Positions 57,590-64,000 of a stretch of 64,000 bases of DNA are shown here, in pieces. Source of the DNA: Acidobacteriota bacterium (lineage in GTDB: Bacteria; Acidobacteriota; Polarisedimenticolia; SMYD01); the NCBI GenBank assembly GCA_046757405.1, contig JBHHYE010000007.1, forward strand, positions 25,222 through 89,221, given 5' to 3'. The position numbers and the translations under genes were made by a program. The stretch's first letter is position 1. The number at the start of each line of letters is the position of its first letter. The notes beneath the pieces were generated by a model, which saw only the letters and a list, made by a program, of their open reading frames with translations, searched no databases and had not been told where the DNA came from.

Positions 57590-57799
57590 TCAGTGCCCGC
57601 CCCGATCTCCTTCCGAGCGAAAGGCGCTCAAAACCTGGACCGCCCGGGATGTCTCGACCACGATCCAGTCACGGTAAACCTTGCTTTGATCGGGAAGCAA
57701 GGTGTATCTCCGCTCCTGGAACTGAAAGTTGACATAACCGCTGGGGTCCGTTTTTTCTCTCGCCGTGCGGCGAGTCGTGGACAGGCGAGGCGTCGACAT
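57590..57799 (-). CDS. Candidate small protein (69 aa), unknown function
   Basis: The ATG at 57799 is preceded by GGAGGG about 11 nt upstream. My hand count of GC3 is about 71%, which is coding-like. I recognise no motif (MSTPRLSTTRRTAREKTDPSGYVNFQFQERRYTLLPDQSKVYRDWIVVETSRAVQVLSAF..). Confidence 0.35.
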   Translation of the reverse strand: MSTPRLSTTRRTAREKTDPSGYVNFQFQERRYTLLPDQSKVYRDWIVVETSRAVQVLSAFRSEGDRGGH

Positions 57800-58001
57800 C
57801 CTGGGGGTTCCCTCCTTCCGATTCCGCCCCGTACGGGAGAGCAATTTCCGCGCCAGCCCGGTCAGACGCGCTCCGTTCACGGCTCCCGGCCATCCTCAGG
57901 ACCGTCTCTGCCGTCTGCGGCCGCATTCACGCCGCCGGAGCGCTTCTGTCTCCACCGGGACGATCGCCGCGCCGCCGGCCATTCTGGCCAACCGGGCACA
58001 C

Positions 58002-58030
58002 TTGATCGGCCAAAATGGCCGGCATACTAT
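58002..58030 (+). promoter_or_regulatory. Sigma70-like promoter TTGATC - 17 nt - TACTAT ending 6 nt before the regulator ATG (implies a leaderless mRNA)
   Basis: The hexamers and spacing were read directly. The spacer contains the palindrome GGCCAaaaTGGCC. There is no SD between the -10 and the ATG at 58037. Confidence 0.4.
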
Positions 58031-58036
58031 CTTCGG

Positions 58037-59389
58037 ATGGCGGCCCCCCACACCATCCTCCTGGCGCTGGGGCCGCAGCGGAAGGGAGCCCGGGTCATCC
58101 GGAAGCTCCTTCGGGTGGACGGAGGCCGCCTCCTGGTCGCTCGATCCGCCCGGCAGCTGTTCACTCACCTCGACTCGATGCCCGTGGACCTGGTCCTCCT
58201 GGACCAGGGCTTCCCCGAACCGCCCGGCATGGAGCTCCTCCTCATGCTCAGGGATCGCATGGCACCGCCTCCGGTGATCATGCTCGCGGACCCGGCTGAG
58301 CCGCAGTCCATCTGCGAGTGCCTGCGCCGAGGAGCGGACGACTGTGTGGTCCGGCCGTTCAGGGGAGAGGAACTGCGCGCCAGGGTGGACCACACCCTCG
58401 AGCGCGCGGCCATGGAGCACCGCGTGAGGAACTTCCAGACACTCGCTCCCGCCACGCCGTTGATCATCCAGGATTCCCCCGCCATGCGCCGCGCGCTCCA
58501 CCTGGTGGCTCGCATCGCGCCGACGCGAAGCACCGTTCTCATCCTGGGTGAGAGCGGTGTCGGCAAGGAGCTCTTCGCCCGCGCCATCCATCGCCAGAGT
58601 CCCCGCATCCACGGACCCTGGATACCATTGAACTGCTCGGCGATTCCAGAGTCCATCATCGAATCCGAGCTGTTCGGCCATGAGCGCGGGGCCTTCACCG
58701 GCGCCATCAGCCAGACGAAAGGGAAATTCGAGCTCGCTGATGGTGGCACGGTCTTCCTGGACGAGGTGGGAGAAATGAACCGCTCCAGCCAGGCCAAGCT
58801 ACTGCGCATTCTGGAGGAAAGAGAAACGATGAGAGTCGGCGGATCCCGGCCGGTCCGCATCGACGTCCGCGTCCTCGCGGCCACCAACAGCGACCTGCAG
58901 GCCAAGATGAGAACGAAAGAGTTCCGGGAGGACCTCTTTTTCCGCCTCAACGTGGTCAGCATCCGGGTCCCCGCCCTGCGCGAGCGCCGGGAGGACATTC
59001 CGCATCTCGCCGATCATTTCCTCGGGAAGTCCATCCGGACCAACTGTGCGCCGCTTCGCCGCTTCCACCCGCAGGTGCTTGATCTCTTTCTCTCTTACTC
59101 CTGGCCCGGGAACGTCCGGGAGCTCAAGAACCTCATCGAGAACTTGGTCCTGACGGTTCCCACCACCGAGATCGCCGCCGACGACCTGCCCACGGTGATG
59201 CGCCATCCACGCGCTGCCCCTCCGGCTCCGGGAGTCCTGCGGCCAGGAATGGCCATTCACGAGGCCGAGAAGGAGTTGATCCGCCGGACGCTGGTCCACG
59301 TCCGGGGCAATCGTGCACAAGCCGCAGGCCTGCTCCAGATCGGGGTGCGCACCCTGCAGCGCAAGATCCGCCGCTATGACCTGTCCTGA
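58037..59389 (+). CDS. Sigma54-dependent Fis-family transcriptional activator (NtrC class) with a degenerate receiver domain
   Basis: AAA+ Walker A GESGVGKE, GAFTGA, Walker B VFLDEVGEM, R-finger region, C-terminal Fis HTH GNRAQAAGLLQIGVRTLQRKI. The receiver keeps DLVLLD but lacks the DD pair (ILLALGPQ), and KPF is replaced by RPF. Confidence 0.88.
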   Translation: MAAPHTILLALGPQRKGARVIRKLLRVDGGRLLVARSARQLFTHLDSMPVDLVLLDQGFPEPPGMELLLMLRDRMAPPPVIMLADPAEPQSICECLRRGADDCVVRPFRGEELRARVDHTLERAAMEHRVRNFQTLAPATPLIIQDSPAMRRALHLVARIAPTRSTVLILGESGVGKELFARAIHRQSPRIHGPWIPLNCSAIPESIIESELFGHERGAFTGAISQTKGKFELADGGTVFLDEVGEMNRSSQAKLLRILEERETMRVGGSRPVRIDVRVLAATNSDLQAKMRTKEFREDLFFRLNVVSIRVPALRERREDIPHLADHFLGKSIRTNCAPLRRFHPQVLDLFLSYSWPGNVRELKNLIENLVLTVPTTEIAADDLPTVMRHPRAAPPAPGVLRPGMAIHEAEKELIRRTLVHVRGNRAQAAGLLQIGVRTLQRKIRRYDLS

Positions 59390-61317
59390 GGGACGGTGTT
59401 CAACCGCTCCTCCTCAGCGCGGGTCTGGTCGACCACCGCCTGGAAGGTGGCGGCCACTTCCTCCAGGTGGAACGGCTTTCTGAGCAGCACATTCCCGGAG
59501 TCAGCGAGGAAGCGGGTCACGGAGGAGGCATCCAGATCACCCGTGGTGAAGATCACGCGGGAAGCCATGTCCGGGCGCCGTTCACAGACAACCTCATAGA
59601 GGCGCCTGCCGTCCATGTCCGGCATCTTGAGATCAATCAGCATGGCGTCAAAGCCGGTTTCCCGGATCTGCTCCAGGGCTTGCGCTCCATTCCCCGCCCG
59701 CCGGACATGGAAGCCCGAGTCGGAAAGAACATCCTCGATGAGGTCGAGGATCACCGGCTCGTCGTCCACCAGGAGGACCGACGGCGGGGTCTTCCCCCGA
59801 ACACCCTCTCCCTCCCGCAGCCCTTTCCGGCCTCCGGCGGCCTCCGCCTGCGGGAGGTCGATCCGCATGGTGGTCCCCATGGCGGAGTCGACCAGGCCGA
59901 TGCGCCCGCCGTTTTCCTGCACGATGCCGCGGCAGATGGCCAGGCCCAGTCCGGTTCCGCCTTCCAGCCGGTGGGTGGTGAAGAACGGCTCGAAGATTCG
60001 CTCCCGGTTCTCCACGGGGACTCCCGGTCCGCTGTCCTCCACTTCCACCCTGACATTTCCTGGCCCGGCGGAAGTACGCACCGTGATCCGGCGCTGGCCC
60101 TCTGGCTGTCCCGCGAGCGCCTGCAGCGAGTTGCCCACCAGATTGGTGATCACCTGTTCGATCTGGGCGCGATCGAACCGGCCATGGGGAAGGTCGCGGT
60201 CAAGCTCCAGCACGATCTTGGCGTTCGTCTTGGCGCCAGCCAGCGACTGCTGGGCCAGCACGTTCTTCACCACACTGTTGAGGTCATGAGACCTGGGGTA
60301 GGCCTGGCGTTTTCCTGCAAAGCAGAGAAGATTCTCGACCACTCTCCGGCAACGAAGGGCTTCGTGCTGGAGCTTTTGCAGCCGCGTGCACAACCGCTCG
60401 TCGGACGCAAGCTGCAGGAGCAGATCCGCGTATCCGATGACGGCGGTGAGAGGATTATTGAGCTCGTGAGCCACTCCGGAGACGATCTCGCCGAGCTCGG
60501 CGCTGCGCTTGGCGGCTTGCATGCGCTCCTGGAGCTCGCGCCGTTCCCGGCGGGCCGATTCCTCTTCCGTGACATCCGAGAGCAGGATGAACTGCTCCTG
60601 GTGCGTGCCCGACTGGATCCGCTTGGTGGCGCGGGCCTCCAGGACGCGCTCTGCCGAGACCAGGCGCGCCCTGCCTCCGGTCTCCGGGCAGAGAAGGTCC
60701 TGAATCCGCTCCTCGCCGCAACCCAGGACGGTGGCGGCGCTCTGATTCACGATCTCCCCCTCGGTTCGATCCAGCATCTGGAGCGCGGCAGGATTGGCCT
60801 CGATCACCCGGCCGTTCTCGGCCAGCCGCAGGTATCCCTCCGTCAGGGAGCTGAGGATGGCATTCGACGAGCGCCTCGCTTGCAGGAGCTCCGAGACCAC
60901 CTCGCGGCGGTGCATGGCGGCGAATCCGCGCCGGGCATCCCGGAGAGTCCCCGCCAGGAGCTCCTCCAGGGTGACCAGAAGATTGGCCACCATTTCGGAG
61001 GCCTGCATCTTGGCCACGTAGGCGTCGGCTCCGGTCGAATCCGGCTGGTCGATCTCGTCCTCGCGGAGCCCCGAGAGAATCACCACGGGAATGGAACGTG
61101 TGGCAGGATTGCTCTTGATCTGGCGGCAAGCCCGCGCACCATCCAGGTGCGGCATGACCAGATCCAGAACAATGGCGTCGGGAGGCTCCTGGGACAGCGC
61201 CTCCAGCGCCTCCAGGCCGTCTCCCACCGCGCGCACCCGGTGCCCCCCCTCGCCCAGCGCATCGACGAGGAGTTGCCGGTAAAACGGGCTATTGTCAGCG
61301 ACCAGCAGGAATGCCAT
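59374..61317 (-). CDS. Hybrid sensor histidine kinase (REC-PAS-HisKA-HATPase-REC)
   Basis: N-terminal REC (LLVADNS..IVLDLVMPHLDG..VAK). H-box VSGVAHELNNPLTAV, N-box NLVGNSLQA, G1 DSGPGV, G2 GTGLGLAI. C-terminal REC (VLLVDDEP..MLIDLKMPDMDG..RKPF). Confidence 0.88.
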   Translation of the reverse strand: MAFLLVADNSPFYRQLLVDALGEGGHRVRAVGDGLEALEALSQEPPDAIVLDLVMPHLDGARACRQIKSNPATRSIPVVILSGLREDEIDQPDSTGADAYVAKMQASEMVANLLVTLEELLAGTLRDARRGFAAMHRREVVSELLQARRSSNAILSSLTEGYLRLAENGRVIEANPAALQMLDRTEGEIVNQSAATVLGCGEERIQDLLCPETGGRARLVSAERVLEARATKRIQSGTHQEQFILLSDVTEEESARRERRELQERMQAAKRSAELGEIVSGVAHELNNPLTAVIGYADLLLQLASDERLCTRLQKLQHEALRCRRVVENLLCFAGKRQAYPRSHDLNSVVKNVLAQQSLAGAKTNAKIVLELDRDLPHGRFDRAQIEQVITNLVGNSLQALAGQPEGQRRITVRTSAGPGNVRVEVEDSGPGVPVENRERIFEPFFTTHRLEGGTGLGLAICRGIVQENGGRIGLVDSAMGTTMRIDLPQAEAAGGRKGLREGEGVRGKTPPSVLLVDDEPVILDLIEDVLSDSGFHVRRAGNGAQALEQIRETGFDAMLIDLKMPDMDGRRLYEVVCERRPDMASRVIFTTGDLDASSVTRFLADSGNVLLRKPFHLEEVAATFQAVVDQTRAEEERLNTVPQDRS

Positions 61318-61497
61318 GTAAGCCCCGTTGGGCGTGGGAACCCCCCCATCCCTGCTCTGAATCTAGGCGTGGACCGGAAAAGATCAAGTCCCGGTCCCCT
61401 GGCTCGGGAGGAGCTGGGGGGACGGCCGGCGCCCCCCTCCCTGCGGGCCGCCGGTCCGGGCAGCGGCCTCAATTTCCCTCCAGCAGAGGATTTTCCC

Positions 61498-61526
61498 TTG
61501 ACACTCCCGGGGCCTCATGGTAAATG
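61498..61526 (+). promoter_or_regulatory. Sigma70-like promoter TTGACA - 17 nt - TAAATG upstream of the 38-aa peptide gene
   Basis: Consensus -35 hexamer with optimal spacing, read directly. It lies about 70 nt upstream of the peptide ATG. Confidence 0.5.
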
Positions 61527-61594
61527 TTGCCTGTCGAGTTCGCTTGCTGTAGAGCCCGCCTGTACCCGGTCGACAAAGAGGAGAGTCTTATCAG

Positions 61595-61711
61595 ATGAAG
61601 AAGCCGTATGAGAAGCCCAGAATCATCTATTCCGAGAAGATGGAAGCCCGCGCTGTCGCCTGCGCGAAGGCTGACGCAGCAACCTGCTCAACGGGGCCCA
61701 TCACCTCCTGA
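61595..61711 (+). CDS. Candidate stand-alone small peptide (38 aa, two Cys): MKKPYEKPRIIYSEKMEARAVACAKADAATCSTGPITS
   Basis: Not in the supplied ORF track because it is too short. The ATG at 61595 is preceded by AAAGAGGAGAG. My hand count of GC3 is about 76%. It has its own promoter-like element and a downstream hairpin. Confidence 0.45.
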   Translation: MKKPYEKPRIIYSEKMEARAVACAKADAATCSTGPITS

Positions 61712-61773
61712 GGCAGCGATGTGCACTCCGGGGTCTTCCGAGCCCTGGTGAGGAATGAAACCGTAAGCGAACC

Positions 61774-61800
61774 GAGCCCACCCTGTGGTGGGCTCTCGTT
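61774..61800. terminator. Rho-independent-type hairpin GAGCCCACC-ctgt-GGTGGGCTC followed by TCGTTTGTC
   Basis: Perfect 9-bp stem with a tetraloop and a T-rich tail on the plus strand. It lies between the peptide gene (+) and the convergent TPR gene (-), so it may act in both directions. Confidence 0.55.
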
Positions 61801-61814
61801 TGTCGGAAATGGCT

Positions 61815-61874
61815 GCGGATCAGGCTTCAGGGATCAGGGCGGCTCAGGCTTCAGGGGTCAGGCGGCTCAGGCGC
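61815..61874. repeat. About 2.4 tandem copies of a 24-nt unit (GCGG[A/C]TCAGGCTTCAGGG[A/G]TCAGG) spanning the stop codon of the TPR gene
   Basis: Read directly. Units 1 and 2 differ at 2 of 24 positions. The unit contains the reverse-complement stop (TCA), so the 3' coding end ..PEA-stop is duplicated. Confidence 0.6.
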
Positions 61875-63862
61875 TGCAGAGCCTCATCGACCATTCTCTG
61901 GCTGTGGCCCTGCATCGCGCCCCAGTAAGTCCGGACAATGGAGGCCTGATGCTCCGCCTCCTCCATCCGGTTGTCACGCGCCGCCAGCTCCGCCAGATTC
62001 ATGTGGGCCTCGACCCAGATCCACGGCCAGGCAAGACGGGCCGCGTGCATCTCGGTGATCTGCTCGAACAGTTTCTGCGCCGCGGCCAGGTCCCCTTGAT
62101 CCAGGTACGCCCGGGCCGCTGACTCGGCGAAGAGGGGCCCGTCGGAGAAGAATCCGATCCCCTCGATGAAGCGCAGCTTCGCGCGGGCACGGTCCAGTAA
62201 CTCGATGGCCCGGTCGAAATCCCCATCGATGCGGGAAAGAGTTCCTTCAAGGAGCAGGGCATAATCCTTCCAGTGGGGGGACCACTTGTACTTCTTCGCG
62301 GCCTCCTCGAGCTCTCCCAAGATCAGCCGCGCGTCCTTTTCTTTGCCCTGGCGCGCGTAGAGGAGACCCATGGCCGCCATGTTCTCCATGAACTGGGGAT
62401 AGAAACTAAAGGCCTTGGTGTACTGCTTGATGGCGAAATCCGCCATGTCGTTGCGCTCGAAGATCATTCCGCTGAACCAGAGAGCCGCCGCGGCCGGCAA
62501 ACCCCTGCGCTGCGCCAGCAACGGCCCGATCATCTGGTCCAGATGGGCCTGGGAGAGACTCGCGCCACCGCGGTACAATTCGGCCACGGCCTCCAGGAAG
62601 GATGATTCCAGCCCCTCGATGCTTCTCAAGGCGCCGACGGGATCTCCCTGGAGAAGCAACAGGCGCGCCTGTTCTTCCCGGAACGATGGATAATTCCAGA
62701 ACCGCAGTGCATCGGAGAGCTTCCGGTCCGCCGCCTGGTAATCCCCGGAAAAGAGATCCAGGCGCACATCGGTCTCCAGCAGGATCGGATCTTCCGGGTT
62801 GATGGCGAGTCCCGCGTCCACGGCCTCCCGGGCGCGGTCCCACTTCCCCACGAGGAATGCCGACTGGGCCAGCCCCTGCCAGGCGGGAATGAACCGCGGA
62901 CCGCATGCCGCCGCGTTCTCGAACACCTCCATGGCATCCGCAGTGCGCTTCAGCCGGCTCAAGGCGGCACCATGGAAAAACGCCAGCTCTTGATCGCCCG
63001 GCCAGCGGCGTCTCACTTCCTGGTAGAAGGTGTCGGCTTGCTCGAAATCGTTGAAAATGAGGGCCCGCATCGCCTCGATGGCCAGCTGGTCCCTTTCCGC
63101 GGCATGCTTCCGCTTGGACCAGGCAATGGAGATATCCGATTTCAACTGGGGTGTTGATACCAACGTGTACTGCATGCGGGCCGTGGCCTTGCGGTAGTGC
63201 GCCAGGGAGAAATTAATATCGGCTTTCGCCGCTCTGGTGAAATGATCCCGCGCGGCCAGAAATTTCTCCTGGGAATAGAGAACCTCGCCGGTGATGAACT
63301 CGCCAAGGGCGGCGTCATTGGCGGTGGTCAATTCGTCCACCGGGCGGACGGGGGTCGAGGCGGAGGTGCCCATGGCCCGCCAGATGGCGTCCCTGAGGGA
63401 ATCGACCCCCTGGGAGAGGTTCGCCGGGCCTTTCACCCGCACCTGCACCGAGTCGTGCCAGGTCCCTTTTCCTGCATCGCTCAGCTCGGCGCTCAGGAGG
63501 TACCCGCCGGCTTCCCGGGCCACTCTCCCGAAGATCACCACGTCGGCGCCCGCCTGCGCGGCCGCCTCCAGCAGGCCGGCCCGGTCGAGATCGAGATGTC
63601 CCTGGCGGAACGAAAAACTGCGCAGCGGCGACCAGACCACCGGTGATTCCGCCTGCCACATGGACCGCGCCAGGAGATCCGTCAACTCGGGATCCCAGAT
63701 GTCGAGCTGCGGATTTCCGGTGTCGTTGGTGAAGGAATAGACCAGAACAGGTCCGCCTGCCGGGCCCGGACCACACTGGCTGCAGACCAGGAAAACCAGG
63801 AGGAGGGCGGCCATGAAGAGGCTGGCCGGCCGACGCGAGAGGAGGAATCTCTGAGACAACAT
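61844..63862 (-). CDS. Secreted or lipid-anchored TPR-repeat protein with a TolB_N/LpoB-like N-terminal domain
   Basis: The ATG at 63862 gives the signal MLSQRFLLSRRPASLFMAALLLVFLVCSQCG. The N-terminal domain VLVYSFTNDTGNPQLDIW..ADVVIFGRV..YLLSAEL resembles TolB-N-type modules. It is followed by many TPR-like helical pairs. Confidence 0.75.
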   Translation of the reverse strand: MLSQRFLLSRRPASLFMAALLLVFLVCSQCGPGPAGGPVLVYSFTNDTGNPQLDIWDPELTDLLARSMWQAESPVVWSPLRSFSFRQGHLDLDRAGLLEAAAQAGADVVIFGRVAREAGGYLLSAELSDAGKGTWHDSVQVRVKGPANLSQGVDSLRDAIWRAMGTSASTPVRPVDELTTANDAALGEFITGEVLYSQEKFLAARDHFTRAAKADINFSLAHYRKATARMQYTLVSTPQLKSDISIAWSKRKHAAERDQLAIEAMRALIFNDFEQADTFYQEVRRRWPGDQELAFFHGAALSRLKRTADAMEVFENAAACGPRFIPAWQGLAQSAFLVGKWDRAREAVDAGLAINPEDPILLETDVRLDLFSGDYQAADRKLSDALRFWNYPSFREEQARLLLLQGDPVGALRSIEGLESSFLEAVAELYRGGASLSQAHLDQMIGPLLAQRRGLPAAAALWFSGMIFERNDMADFAIKQYTKAFSFYPQFMENMAAMGLLYARQGKEKDARLILGELEEAAKKYKWSPHWKDYALLLEGTLSRIDGDFDRAIELLDRARAKLRFIEGIGFFSDGPLFAESAARAYLDQGDLAAAQKLFEQITEMHAARLAWPWIWVEAHMNLAELAARDNRMEEAEHQASIVRTYWGAMQGHSQRMVDEALQRLSRLTPEA

Positions 63863-64000
63863 GGGCTCTCCGCTGGAAACAGGACGCTGTCCGGAAGGCT
63901 GAATTATGCTCCCGGTTCCACGACCTGTCAAGAAAAGAGCCTGCCGGCCCCTATGATACGATTCGCTGGTGGAATCCCTCTGCAGGAGAACCGGGATGGA

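Noticed and set aside
57593-58036. N-terminal 148-aa extension of the sigma54-activator ORF in the track
   Set aside because: The extension is Pro/Arg/Ser-rich and has no domain. The receiver domain begins right after the ATG at 58037, which has a promoter-like element immediately upstream.
59374-59389. 16-bp overlap of the convergent 3' ends of the sigma54 activator and the hybrid kinase
   Set aside because: Short convergent overlaps are common in compact high-GC genomes. No structure or motif suggests a special function.
59467-61611. 714-aa plus-strand ORF antisense to the hybrid histidine kinase
   Set aside because: For the same reason: the minus-strand frame carries complete REC/HisKA/HATPase motifs, and the plus-frame product is compositionally biased with no motifs.
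1-64000. Scan for CRISPR arrays, IS elements, integrases, tRNA/rRNA genes, toxin-antitoxin or recognisable phage-defence genes
   Set aside because: None was recognisable by eye. There are no regularly spaced direct repeats and no transposase or recombinase motifs in any frame. The intergenic gaps are too short or lack tRNA-like structure. A tRNAscan or Infernal run would be the formal check.

Overview
High-GC (roughly two-thirds G+C by eye), densely coding bacterial chromosomal segment. I cannot assign a taxon. The gene content is compatible with an Acidobacteriota-like Gram-negative lineage, but that is inference only. I found no rRNA, tRNA, CRISPR array, transposase, integrase or phage genes. 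Most of the window is housekeeping. A long minus-strand block (4.9-22 kb) carries lysK(class I)-modCBA-TSP3 protein-mutS2-pgsA-hfq-miaA-SpoIID/SPOR-folB-thrC-tyrS. The purine genes purN/purM and purF/purL are also present, and znuCB sits at the left edge. Three regions look accessory. (i) 27.3-38.0 kb is a glycosylation-type locus: two GT-C/GT39-like membrane glycosyltransferases (one fused to TPRs), a DPM1/ArnC-like GT2, an O-methyltransferase, a HAD-IIA protein, PGI, an SGNH hydrolase and an uncharacterised 673-aa polytopic protein. (ii) 43.2-53.1 kb is the most interesting part. It lies behind the only AT-rich island in the window. It is a co-directional six-gene module with a minor (pseudo)pilin quartet whose third and fourth subunits are greatly enlarged (FN3/Ig-like modules, PilY1-like Ca loops). 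These are followed by a BcsA-like processive GT2 synthase with two tandem PilZ domains, which is translationally coupled to a TPR + beta-barrel exporter. (iii) 56-64 kb holds a BON protein, a CarboxypepD_reg protein, a sigma54 activator with a degenerate receiver and an apparently leaderless start, and a REC-PAS-HK-REC hybrid kinase. It also holds a stand-alone 38-aa Cys-containing peptide gene with its own promoter, SD and terminator, and a TPR protein. A second structural oddity is an OPT transporter gene bracketed by a full radC and a frameshifted copy of the radC 3' end. All protein-family calls rest on motifs I can read in the supplied translations; no database search was run. Many long ORFs in the six-frame track are antisense or out-of-frame shadows typical of high-GC DNA and were discarded.
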